In this document: positions 1 to 11,753 of the stretch, one piece after another
Numbering within the stretch: the first letter of the stretch is position 1
How the letters are laid out: each line of letters begins with the position of its first letter
From: Utricularia gibba
Taxonomy: Eukaryota > Plantae > Magnoliophyta
Assembly (NCBI GenBank): GCA_002189035.1
Contig: CM007989.1
Span: 62,001-126,000, forward strand
DNA: 64,000 bases
Direction of reading: 5' to 3'
Notes under the pieces: model-generated
Told to the model about the DNA's origin: nothing
The model's input: only the letters and a program-made list of their open reading frames with translations
Database searches by the model: none
Made by a program: the position numbers and the translations under genes

Positions 1-324
1 TATGTTCGTCTTCCATGGTGGTAGCGGCTAACGAGAGCATGGCATGGTCCACTGATAGGGTTTTGGTGGCGACTTAACAGCGGCCGGCTGATCTATGGGT
101 GTGTGTGTTTCCCCAGTACTCACGGTGGTTACCGGGCCGGCAACTTCGGGAAAAAAAAAAAGGCTGTGACATGATGGCCTACCCGCGCATTCACCTGTGA
201 CTTTGTTGGCTACTATTTGTGGCCCAGAAGATGGCTTAGGCCCGACTCGCCCAGGCCAATATGTATGCATTGTGTTTTATTTGCATTCTAAATATTAAAT
301 AACACTATGAAGATAACACAATAA

Positions 325-563
325 AGTAGTGTTCCGGAATATTTCTCCGGATTATTTCTATTTTTCGAAAAATATAAAATAAAAGTAAAAATAATTTATA
401 GAATTAAAGATGTTGATACTTTTAATTTTTAATGTTCATATAAATTAATTTTAAAAATATTTTTACTATAATTAAAAATAAAAATTGATTATGTTTCGTA
501 CATAAATTATTTTTTTTATTTCAAAAATAAAAATAATCCGAAGAAATATTCAGAAACACTACT
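325..563. mobile_element. MITE (non-autonomous DNA transposon), Tourist/PIF-Harbinger-like by its TAA TSD
   Basis: Left end AGTAGTGTTCCGGAATATTTCTCCGGATTATTT and the reverse complement of the right end AGTAGTGTTTCTGAATATTTCTTCGGATTATTT match at 30/33. Looser inverted similarity continues inward. The interior is very AT-rich and non-coding. TAA flanks both sides (322-324, 564-566). Confidence 0.75.
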
Positions 564-1301
564 TAAAAGTCTTTATAAATAAAAGCAAGAACAAACCATC
601 ACCTAAAACGGGTTAGAGTGTTGATGTGTTTACAAGTGAGTAGTTGTTTTTCCGGACGGTGGAGGGAGGAGCCGTGTAAATTTTGGCATTTAAGGCGAGG
701 ACTTTGTGGAATAGATAAATTTTTCAACTTGCCCGTGTCGCCGCCCACGGCCTAAACCTATAAAACCGTCAGCTGTGAAATTCCATGGCCTCGACCCCAA
801 GGAAACCTGGGGCGGTCGACTACAGCCGTGCGGATTCTGGATCACAAAACTTGGCGCGCAAGCCCTTGTTTTATAGCATTTCTCTCCTATTCTCCAGATC
901 GCACATCCCAAGGTTTTCTTCTTCTTCTTCTTCTGTTTGATGTTGATCCTGCGAGCCATTTCGGAGTTTGATTCTGCATTTCAAGGTTCTGATTTATGCA
1001 TCTTTTTCTTCCACGATCGACTGTGTACGATTCTTCTTTTCTCTTGAGCACACATCACAAGATTTACGTCTGTTGGTTTTTTTCCCCATATAATTCCCAA
1101 CTATTCTTTGGCGATTAACGTTTCTTGTTGATTGCTGCCCAAGAAAACGTTTTGCGCAAGGTTCCTTCTCTTCTATTTTTCCTAGTCGGTCCGGTCCGGG
1201 CCGGTCTAACCTCTTGGCGACGTATCCTACTGTGCATACCGTTCATGCAAAACATTCGTCTCTAGTTCCTTATCGGAATAGTGGAGCATCGCCTGGTGCT
1301 C

Positions 1302-2657
1302 ATGGAATCAATCCCCCGTCAACAGTTCAGCTCTTTTATTCGGAAGCAGAGCACATCACTTGAAATTTCCGAGGAGGGAAGCAGCGGCATGTGTTCGCAA
1401 CCGCCTTTTCCGTTGCCCACGAATCAAGATTCTTCGCATCTTTCAGATTGCGAAAGTGGGACCTCCCTGGATGACACAAAAGAGATCGAGCCTCCCTTTC
1501 CCGGTACAGGTTTCACCAGAGTTGACAGTCGGGAAGCGTTGTACAAAGCAGTTGGGCTGAAATTCATGTCAGGGTTAAGTGTGTGTAGCTATGATGCTGA
1601 GATTGAAGCCATGTATCGGAACAATTTCTCCACCGTGATGAGCGAAGCCAGACTCCAGTCGTTTCAAATATATTTGAAAGCCATGAACACTAAACATGGA
1701 GGCAGTGCAAACGAGGTGTATGCTTGGTATGGCGCCTCTTCTACCGCAGAAGCTCGGGCCATAATCTTAAACGGATTCTCTTCCCCTGATGCACGTGAAA
1801 AGGGGATATACGGACAGGGGATTTATCTTTCCCCAACAGAGAAGCCTCTTAACAGGTACACCAAAACTTTTTTAACTTCCCACCTCCGCGTATGGCGGTT
1901 GCCGGATCTCTTTGCTTCCCCTCAATATAATACGACAATCACTATTGCTTTTTATTTGGTGCAGTTTGTTATCCGCTACTCCGGAGGCGGATGGCCGAAG
2001 ATGCATGCTTCTTTGTCGGGTGATACTTGGCAGGCCTGAGCTCGTGTGTCCCGGTTCCAGACAATATCATCCATGTTCGGGCGAATTCGATTCTGGGGTG
2101 GACAGTTTATCATCTCCCGCAACCTACGTGGTTTGGAGTTCGCATATGAATACTCATATCTTGCCCGAAATGTTGGTGATTTTCAAGGCAAGCCGCACAC
2201 CTTACCGCATTGAGGGTGAGTGACTAGTTCTCAGTCGCATACATACCGTGATATTTACAAAATATGTGTGCCTCCGTGTTAGCGTGGAGTGATTAAGCAA
2301 CCAGGGGGGATTTTCAGGAAGCAAGAGGGTGCCGACCACAGCATGGGTGCCGTTTTCGGCGCTGATTGGTGCACTTTCGGAGGTGCTACCTGGTGATGCA
2401 ATCGAACTGATTGGCAGGGTTCACGGCGAGTACAAGGTAGCAACTCCCCCAAACGCATTATCTTAGCCTTGCCCTCTAATGACTGCTGTTTTTATGTGTG
2501 GTTTGATTTGTTGCACGTGCAGAAACAGAAGATGAGCAGAATGGAAATGGTTCGGCGGGTGAGGAACATTGCTGGAGACAGGCTGCTACTGGAGATCATA
2601 AAGTCTTACCGGAGGAGAAGGTCAACCCCCTCCCCATCTCCCCTGGCTCGGCGTTAA
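1302..2657 (+). CDS. SRO: SIMILAR TO RCD ONE (SRO) family protein: PARP-like domain plus RST domain, probably catalytically inactive; 4 exons (1302-1855, 1965-2215, 2318-2436, 2523-2657)
   Basis: PARP-like motifs AWYGAS, GIYLSP, MLLCRVILG and YVVWSSHMNTHILPE; RST-like PTTAWVPFSALIGALS...MVRRVRNIAGDRLL; GT-AG junctions are phase-consistent. WYG stands where active PARPs have the catalytic His. Confidence 0.85.
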
Positions 2658-3227
2658 CATTAACTAGGCACCACTTATGGAGCTTTTTTTTTCTTTCCGT
2701 TTGTACTAGAGGCCGTTGTGTCCATCATCGGGTCTAGTTTCATGCTGATGATGCAGAAGAAATGGACAACTTGCCAGCCACTTGCTTGCTCAAATAAATG
2801 CTCTTAATCATGTTCTTTGACTACTCCGCAAACAAGCTCTTATTCTCAGGTAATTGCAAACACAGGGCTCCATAAAAGCAATTCCCATAACTGGGGGTGG
2901 TGCGGGACTTTTTCCGGTGATCTACATATCAATATATATTAAACTACACTTTTTGCACCTTAGGATGACCAATAGCGGCGAAGATGGGAGAGAAGTGAAA
3001 TCACTTCTCCGTGTAGCCATAAGTCCAGTCCACTCCTGGCTCATGTGTCCAGGTTCCATCTGCAACTGCTGCTGCCAATGGGTGGAGACTGGAGAGAGAA
3101 CTAAATGCTCCGCCCTTCCTCCACCGTTGCCTATTTATCAATGGAGACCCTTTCTTGCTTACCCATTATTTACTGTTGATTTTGACATCATAAATCTTCA
3201 ATGATTGAAACTGGCTGGACACAAAAA

Positions 3228-4792
3228 ATGGCGGCCGAAACGATTTCCTCTCCGTCCCTGATTCTCTTGTGTATGCTGTCTCTCCCCATCTTCATCGCAT
3301 TCTTCTTCAGGAACAAGTTGTTTGCCAGAAAAACAAAAACCCAGTCCCCCGAAATCCCCAAATCGTACCCATTTTTGGGGTCACTTCTGGACTCCTCAAC
3401 AAGATAGAGGTTTTCTGCCAATGGACGGCGGATATCCTCAAGTCCTGCTCTCCGTCCACAATCACCCTTGAGTTACCCCTGGGGCAAGCCATGGTGATTA
3501 CGGCCAACCCCACTGTCCTCGAACACGCGCTCAAGACCAATTTCCACGTTTATGAAAGGGGTGACATTACTAAATCAACCCTCAGGGACTTTCTCGGTGA
3601 CGGGATTTTCAACGTCGACGGCGAGAAATGGAAGCTCCAGCGCCAACTCGCCAGCCGCGAGTTCAACATCAAATCGATTAGGAAATTTCTTCATGCCGTC
3701 ATCAACGTTGAGCTGTCTGAGCGCTTAATCCCGGTCCTGAAACTTGCATCAGATCGAAATGGCGTGGTCGATTTTCAGGAGCTTCTGCAGCGATTTGGGT
3801 TCGATAACATTTGCCAGATCTCATTTGGTTATGACCCGGAGTATCTATCTCCAACTCCATCACTGCAGAATGGTGAGTTCGCGGCAGCGTTTGAGACCGC
3901 CACACGTATCTCGGCTGAAAGATTCAGATACGTAATCCCTTACTGGTGGAAACTCAAGAGGACCCTGAACCTGGGATCCGAGAAAGAGCTGAAAATGGCG
4001 CTTTCCATTGTTCATGATTTTGCGAGAAAAATAATACGCAAGAAGAAACAAGAGATTCAAGAGAAATCTCAGATAGATGATGCGGAGGATCTTCTATCAA
4101 GATACTTGAGTCGTGGGTTTTCTGATGAGAATTTAGTGATGGATATGGTGATCAGCTTCATTCTGGCTGGTCAAGATTCCACTTCTACTGCATTGACTTG
4201 GTTCTTCTGGCTTCTGTCAAAAAACCCACGAGTTGAAAACGAGATTCTGCAAGAAATATGCGTACAAGTTTCAGATTCGGAGCCTGCAGCTTACGACGAG
4301 GTTAAGCAGCTTGTGTACACTCATGCCGCAATCTGTGAGAGCATGAGACTTTTTCCTCCTGTTCCCATGGACAACAGAATAGCAATCCGCGATGACGTTT
4401 TGCCCGATGGCACTTTGGTGAAAAAAGGTTGGATCTTGGCGTTTAACGCCTACGCCATAGGTCGCATGAAAACATTATGGGGGGAAGATTGTGCTGAATT
4501 CCGACCAGAGCGATGGCTGGAGAAAACGGCGAATGGGAATAGGCGGATTTTCATCAACAGGGATCCCTATACTTATCCTATTTTTTTTGCAGGTCCAAGA
4601 GTCTGCCTGGGGAAGGAAATGGCGTTTATTCAAATGAAGAGTGTGATCTCCGGCGTCCTCCAGCACTTCAGGGTTGTGCCGGTGGTGGCGAGTGATACCG
4701 AGGAGCCTAACTTCCTTCAATACTTCACAGCCAAGATGGTCAACGGTTTTCCAGTCAGGATTGAAGCAAGAGGTGGGTATCCTGCACCGTAA
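3228..4792 (+). CDS. CYP94: Cytochrome P450 CYP94 family (fatty acid/jasmonate omega-hydroxylase-like), intronless; apparent -1 frameshift at about 3377-3410
   Basis: Membrane anchor and PKSYPFLGS lie in one frame. The catalytic body lies in the -1 frame: AGQDST I-helix, ESMR (EXXR), PERW, FFAGPRVCLG heme motif. There is no room for an intron at the junction. Confidence 0.85.
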
Positions 4793-5557
4793 CTGTATTT
4801 GGGACAAGGACGATTTCCCCTGCACCTTGTCAAATTGAACATGCAAATGCAACCCAGTCGATCATTTGCTTTCTGAAAGAGAAATTGTATGTATTTTTAT
4901 GTATAACTTTGGAGTGGGTCTGTCCTCAGTGCTACTCTTAGACCTACTACCATACTAGCAGGAGAGGAGTCATCATATTCTCCTCGTTGTTATCGTTGTA
5001 GCGGTACTCCACTGAATGCTGGGCGCACCTGGTGGAGAGTTGGTTCACTTGATGTCGTGCCTGGCCTGGGATGGGATGGTCATTGCCATGGCGACTTATT
5101 CCGTAAATACAGGGGATTGCTATGCTGTTAAGTTGCCAATGTCGAACAAAATCATGTCTTGCCAAGTTCATCACAGAGGATAGCATGGCATGTGTTCCGC
5201 GGCATAGACAGCATCCCCATTGTAAACACACAGTTTGCTTTGGGCTACAAAATCATCATCTCTTTTCCTCGACCCAAAAACTGTTAATGAACTGGTGGCT
5301 CACCATTGTAAAGGCAGCTTGGTTCTAAATTGGGAGGTAAGTCTCGTCATCTTCTATGAACAGGATGTATAAGATCCACCACCTTGGCCCAGTGGCTGGT
5401 ATGGCATCAAGCAGTATGAGATAGATGACCACAATTCCCAATCTTGTACTTGCATTGATGCAAAGGATTTCACCAACTACCAATCTACACTAATACACAC
5501 ATACAGACGGACTACTTGTACGAGAAGAAGCCGAAGTCGGAATTGGCACCTTCTTCT

Positions 5558-6581
5558 CTAGTTCGCTGCCATCGCAACGCCATTGATTCCTTTCATCCTA
5601 ATGGCGTTGCCATGTCCGTGCCCGTGGACATCGGCCTCTGCATATGTATGCTGTCTATGGCCCAATGCAGTTTCCCCCGATGCATTTCCTGTGGATATCA
5701 GACCCACTGAGGCCAGCGCAACAAGCTCGGATTCACCTAATCCCCTTGTGGGGGCAAGACTGCATCGATCAGTTCCATATTTCGCAAGCGCGTCCCTAAA
5801 TTTCTTGATCTACAGAAGAAACAAGGGTGAATACTTGGCTTTGTTACCGAACAAAGAGATAAGTGCGTTCTGCTTACTGTGGCATTAGTGCAGCTGAAAC
5901 TGCATACTCGCCCCTCCGCGCCTCTGTAGAACCTAAAGAAGGGTAAAACGTGAACGTGGAGGGCATGGCACATTTTCTTGTGTTCTTCATAGTTCACCTT
6001 GAGGAAAAGGGCATCCCTGTTCAATTCGGCTAACTGGCAAATCTGTCAACCAAAAAAGAAAATTCCAGATTCTTTGACACAAAAAAAAAAAAAACTTGAG
6101 TCATGAAAAAGGCTCAACCTTTGGATGCAGAGCTTTGCAGCCGCCACAGCCAGGTGAGTAAAAGTCGATAATCACCAACTTATCGCCAGCATTTAACAAG
6201 GAAGCGAGCAATTCCTGAGGTGAAGATATATCAATCATATTTGGCTGAGGGACTTTTCCCACCACCCCGCAGATTTCCCCAATGTAACTGATGCGTGAGC
6301 CTAAATGCCACAAACAAAAAACAGATGCAGCATCAGACAACGACAGAACGGAATATAAATCGACCTTAAGGAAATCAAACCCACATGAATAGGCACGAAA
6401 TTCGGTGTTCGGATGCTGAAATCGGAGGCTCCTTTCGGATCTAACGATGAATCATAAGTTCTTCCCCAAAAGAGTTTTGAATCGGGGTCCTTGAATTGGA
6501 GAGTCCCAATGCTGGCAGGGCTTGTGCCCCTGTTGTTGATGAAAGAATCAGGGAGCGTAAATCCAGGTTTGAGAGAAGAAT
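5558..6581 (-). CDS. ACHT: Atypical Cys/His-rich chloroplast thioredoxin (ACHT, Lilium-type); 4 exons; start codon defective and -1 frameshift at about 6245-6252 in this sequence
   Basis: WWEK...NM...AGDKLVIIDFYSPGCGGCKALHPK|ICQLAE...VNYEEH...HVLPFFRFYRG..GRVCSFSCTNAT|IKKFRDALAK. Internal exons 6300-6119, 6042-5878 and last exon 5809-5558. A transit-peptide-like exon 1 ends at a GTGGGT donor. Confidence 0.85.
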
Positions 6582-6953
6582 GTTGGTGAATGATGGAGAA
6601 GAGAAGAAGCGGTCGAAGATTACAGAGTGCCCAGCCGATAAATTACGAGATGGATTGATGCTGTCGCGAGAGAAAGGAGAACAGGAAGAGGATCGCCCGC
6701 GGATTGAAGGAGACGAGGCTGAAGATAAGATAGGCCCTAGGTTCCTTACTCAAGAGTCCAGAAGCGTTAAGGAACCAATGTCGAAGCCCATCTATGTTGC
6801 AGACCAGCCCAACGACCCATGTGAGATAAGACCTGCCCAAGAAGCCATATGGAGAAGCAGTCTGGCAGCAACTAAACGACAGGATAACGGCTAGTTTATT
6901 CTCTACAAATACATGTTTGTGCATCCCTGAAAACCATGAAAAAAAACACCCCA

Positions 6954-7162
6954 TCAACAACGTTTTTCCAAAAAGCTTTCCAAAATATTCTCCAAAGTCC
7001 TCCTTCTCAATTCATCAACATCATTCAAGTTCTCAACAAAGAAGGCATACTGGGAATGATCCCGATTCCTCAGGTAGGAATGAAAAATGTCTTTCCTGGC
7101 GAAACCGGTCTTGTTCGAGTTTGGAAGAGTCGCGAAGAAGATTCTTAGCGCGGTGCCGTGAT
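6954..7162 (-). CDS. Candidate unannotated small protein (about 69 aa), no recognised family
   Basis: Stop-free frame 7274-6954 ending ...VENLNDVDELRRRTLENILESFLEKRC*, with a CT-rich leader upstream and AATAAA downstream (6900-6895). No intact ATG in frame. Confidence 0.3.
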
Positions 7163-8218
7163 GGTGAGAAAAGTTAGGAAAGGGGGAGAAAGAAGAGAAG
7201 AGAATATATTCGGCAAGGAAAGGAAAGTGGAGGAGGAGGAGGAGGAGGTGGTGGATGGGGCCGGGGCCGGGGCCTTATCCCCAGTTCATAGCAACCCGCC
7301 CCTTCCGTCTCCGGTGACACTAACCCCAGGCCACCGCACCATGGGGTATTCTACCTACGAGGTTTCAGCGAGATGCATGTCAACCGCCGCCAAGTCATGC
7401 AATGTCTCTCAGGCCTCAGCTGCTGGAATAAATATATGAGTGTCCCCAGCACTCCAGAAGGCAGATATTTTGTGAAGGGGGGGGGGGGGGGGGGCAGAGA
7501 TGGATACCTTGAATACACTTGTGTGGACAGAAAAGACGGGGGGTGGCACCGGCAGAACAGAGCCGTCCGTCCAGCTCCATCCATCCGCACCAATTCTTTC
7601 ATTACCAATCCGGCATAGGAATGGATGAGTCTGTCTCTACCTCCCTGCTGGTTCTTCCCTACCACACACTTACGACTCGAACGACTCAACACGTCGTCCA
7701 CTTGATTTTCTTGTACTGGGAAAAGATCATTGTCGGGGTCGTGTGATTAGGAAACTAATGGCACGCATTCATTCTTCATCAACTTCAAGTTGCCCCGCTG
7801 AATCAGCCAGCAGTGATGTCATCTTGGGCATGACAGGGGCCGGGGAGAGAGGGAGGTTTCCGTATGCGACAAGACAATGGAATGGGCTGGATTCCAAAAG
7901 GCCCTCCTAAGGAGTAGGAAGGAGGTCCAGAGATTTGGATGGCTACCACGTCCACGTGAAATAAGAAAAAGAAATAAATACACGGTTAGTGGCCTCCGAG
8001 CTGTCCTCCTCCTGGCCTCACCACCCTCCTCGTGTAATATGATTCATTTCCACGTCACTCTGACTCGGATTTCCCCCCTACTGCAATACTTACCAAATAC
8101 CCACCGTCAGAAGCAAATACGGGTTGCTTTCTTCAACCTCGGCCGGCCGGGCAAGCCAAAGGAAAGTGGGTGCCCCGTCAACTACCCTTCATTCCATCCC
8201 CCCCCCCCCCCCCCCCCC

Positions 8219-8226
8219 TATATATA
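8219..8226 (+). promoter_or_regulatory. TATA box of the GH36 gene, directly preceded by a C21 tract
   Basis: TATATATA about 80 nt upstream of ATG 8306; ACGT-core motifs further upstream (about 7947-7957 and 8050-8056). Confidence 0.55.
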
Positions 8227-8305
8227 CCTCTCCTCTCTTTACAGCCACCCCCCAGTCATTCTCCCTTATTCTTCATCCTTCATCTTTTCTTCTTTGATTA
8301 CTAGC

Positions 8306-11300
8306 ATGACGATCACAGCACTCCCCGTTGTGAGGAATGGATGCCTCATGGTCCGAGGCAAGCTTGTCCTCACACACGTTCCCAACAATCTTTTTCTGAC
8401 TCCCTGCACTTCAACCTCTGCTTTCCTCGGGGCGCGTTCAGACACCCCCAGCTCGCGCCATGTCTTCGATCTTGGAACTCTTGTGTGAGTACTGCACTCT
8501 TTCATTTGCATTGCATTGCTCTCCCCTCAATTATAATGCAAATGCTAACAACTTTTTGGTTGTCGGCACCGTGTCTACGACAGGGATCACAAATTTGTTT
8601 GCCTCTTCATCCCAAAGATATGGTGGATGATCCCTCGTGTTGGAAGATCAGCAAGAGAAATCCCCATGGAAACACAGATGCTTCTACTTGAAGTAGAACA
8701 GGATTCCGTAGTTGATTTTGATTCACAGCAAGAAGAAGGATGCCCTGGCGTGCTAGCTGGTCAAAACAAGTTGTACATCCTCATATTGCCCTTGTTAAAT
8801 GGATCCTTCAGGGCAACTCTTCAGGGTACTCCTTCAGACAAATTACAAGTCTGCTACGAAAGTGGTACGCCTCTTTGTCTACCGTGATTCAGCCTTTAGT
8901 TGTTCATTCGTGGCCACGTAATGTTATTTGGTTCGACATGAAGGTGATCCCCAAGTGGAAACGTCCCAAGCCTTGGAATGCATCTTCGTAAACGCAGGGG
9001 AGAATCCTTTTGAGCTCATTAAGGAATCTATCAAGTATGCTAGTTATCCTCAATACCAAGATTCTTTTCTTGTATCCCTCTCCTTTTGTAGTTGTTAATT
9101 CTTGGAATCTGTCTCTCTTTTATTCTCATGTAGGATTCTGTCAAAGCATATGGGCACATTTAACCACTTGGAAAACAAAAAGGTGAGGAACAGATTCCTT
9201 GTGACACCTCTTTCTTTTCATGTTTCCCTTGCTTTTTTTCTAAAAATTTAAACGTGATAGTAGTGATACTTTGCAGATTCCTGTGCATTTGGATTGGTTT
9301 GGTTGGTGCACGTGGGATGCTTTCTACACGAATGTCTCTCCTGATGGAATCAAACAGGGTCTGCAGAGGTTTGTCAATCAAAGAAATGATGTTGTGAGGT
9401 TCTGTTTTCCTTGTAATAACACCCCAAAAATATATTCTTCATGTTCTAAAGCTTCAAAGATGGAGGGATATCACCAAAGTTCCTGATCATAGACGACGGA
9501 TGGCAGGAAACAAAGAATGAGCACACTGAAGGAGGCAAGACGTTTGTGGAAGGAATGCAGTAAGTTTCGTAGTCTTTTCATGTTAACCCGTTATTTAATC
9601 AAGCTAACACTCCCTGCTTTTGGGTGTGTAGGTTTGCCACGAGATTGTCTGATATCACGGAAAACAGCAAGTTTAGGGACTCAACCACAAATCTCAAGGA
9701 GTTGGTACATGACATCAAAGAGAATTATGGACTAAAGTAAGTTTCACCGATTTGCATCATCACTATTACTGAAGCGTTCTAACAACCCTCAAAATATGCT
9801 TCCTCAAGATACGTATACATGTGGCATGCTTTAGCCGGATATTGGGGTGGAATTCTTGAATCATCCGAAGCACTTAAGAAGTACAATCCAAAGCTTCAGT
9901 ACCCCATTCAGTCTCCCGGGAATCTTGGGAATATAAGAGACATAGCCATGGATAGCTTGGAAAAATATGGAGTTGGAGTGATAGACCCCGAAAAAGTATA
10001 CGATTTCTACAATGATATGCATACCTATCTCGCTGCTAGTGGAGTTGATGGCGTTAAGGTGGATGTCCAAAACGCATTAGAAACACTAGGTGCTGGATAT
10101 GGTGGAAGAATAGAAATCACTCGCAAGTATCAGCATGCTCTTGATGAGTCCATAGAGAGGAACTTCAGGGGGAACAACTTAATATGTTGTATGTGTCACA
10201 ACTCAGACTCCGTTTTCAGGTGAAAACTCTAGCCCCTTACCTGACAATCATCTTGATGGCGCATGAGAACTGAGCGTTGTTTCTTTCGCTTTTTCAAAGC
10301 TCAATAAGGAGTGCCACTGCAAGAGCATCCGAAGACTTCATGCCAAACGAGCCAACGTTTCAGACGCTGCACATTGCATCAGTTTCATTCAATAGTCTTC
10401 TCCTTGGGGAAGTTTTTGTCCCAGATTGGGATATGTTCCATGTAAGTCTACGATCTTCTCTGAATGAGCCATGAAGCTTGCTTACCCCGAGTTCATGTTT
10501 ACCTATTATCTGCAGAGCGACCATACCACTGCTGAGTTCCATGGTGCAGCACGAGCTGTAGGCGGATGCCCGGTCTACGTAAGGTACAGTTAGTGCACCG
10601 CATGATACCACGAAGCAGAAGAGAAATGTAGTAGTGATTTTTCACATAATAAGTTGCGCTGATTCTTTTTTGTTAAAAATAACAGTGACAAGCCAGGAAA
10701 GCATGATTTCAAGATCCTGAGGAAACTTGTTCTTCCTGATGGATCCATCTTGAGGGCCAAACACGCTGGTAGACCCACTCGGGACTGCCTGTTCGTGGAT
10801 CCAGTCATGGATGGCAAGAGTTTGCTGAAGATATGGAACCTGAACAAAGTAACTGGAGTATTAGGTGTTTTCAATTGCCAAGGGCAAGGAAGCTGGCCTA
10901 TGAAACAAGTTCCTGTGTTTCCACGTGATTCATCCCCATGCTGATTTCAGGCCATGTCAATCCATCTGATGTCGAATTTCTAGATGAGACTGCGGGGGAA
11001 AACTGGGAGGGAGAGTCGGTGCTATATGCATTCAAGTCAGGTTAGAAATCCTCATGTCCCTGTCCACAAAGATGACCAGAAAAAAGCTGCCAGACGACAC
11101 AATCATGTGGCTTATTTGGTTTTATTCTTCAGAGAAACTTCACAAGGTGGCAAGAAACAGTGCAGTTGAAGTCTCACTAGGTGTGTTGGAATGCGAAGTC
11201 TTCACCGTCTCTCCCATAAAGGTGAAACAATGCCATGTTCCCTTGTCTTCCTGGTTGATGGAGGATTATGTGTACCAAAAAACCGACATTTTTGCAATCA

Positions 11301-11576
11301 CAGGTACTGAACGAGAAAGTCGAGTTTGCTCCCATCGGCCTAATTAACATGTACAACTCTGGAGGGGCTATAGATGAATGCCGCATGTTGAGAGATTCAG
11401 TGGAAATCAAAGCAAGAGGATCTGGTGTTTTTGGGGCATATTCAAGTGTCAGGCCAACCTACTGTAAGGTGGACAGCACGGAAGAGGCATTCATATATGT
11501 GCCTGAGAGTGGATTGCTGACACTGATTCTACAAAACAGCAGCAGCAGCGTCAAAGAGATCCAGATTGCATATTGA
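8306..11576 (+). CDS. GH36 raffinose synthase / seed-imbibition protein family (alkaline alpha-galactosidase or galactinol-sucrose galactosyltransferase); about 13 exons; apparent -1 frameshift at 10934-10937
   Basis: [124 protein letters not shown]; junctions are phase-consistent. Confidence 0.9.
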
Positions 11577-11753
11577 TTTGTAGAAGGAATATCAAGTAGG
11601 CGATGCATATTACCTAGTTTAGTTGCAGAATTGGATGGCCCATTGGTTATTCTTGTATTTAGTTGGTGGCTTTTGCAACCGATGTAGCTTCAAGATCAGA
11701 AAGAAATCAGCCATCTCATTTACCAAAAATAAGAGTTCTCTACAAGTCATGGT

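Noticed and set aside
4930-5500. Short ORFs between CYP94 and ACHT
   Set aside because: All frames are interrupted, no family recognised; consistent with convergent 3' UTRs.
6496-6894. 132-aa plus-strand ORF
   Set aside because: Antisense to ACHT exon 1 and its CT-rich leader; low-complexity charged sequence.
7877-8305. 143-codon in-frame extension upstream of the GH36 start
   Set aside because: Runs across the TATA box and the C21 tract of uncertain length; the family N-terminus begins at MTITA (8306).
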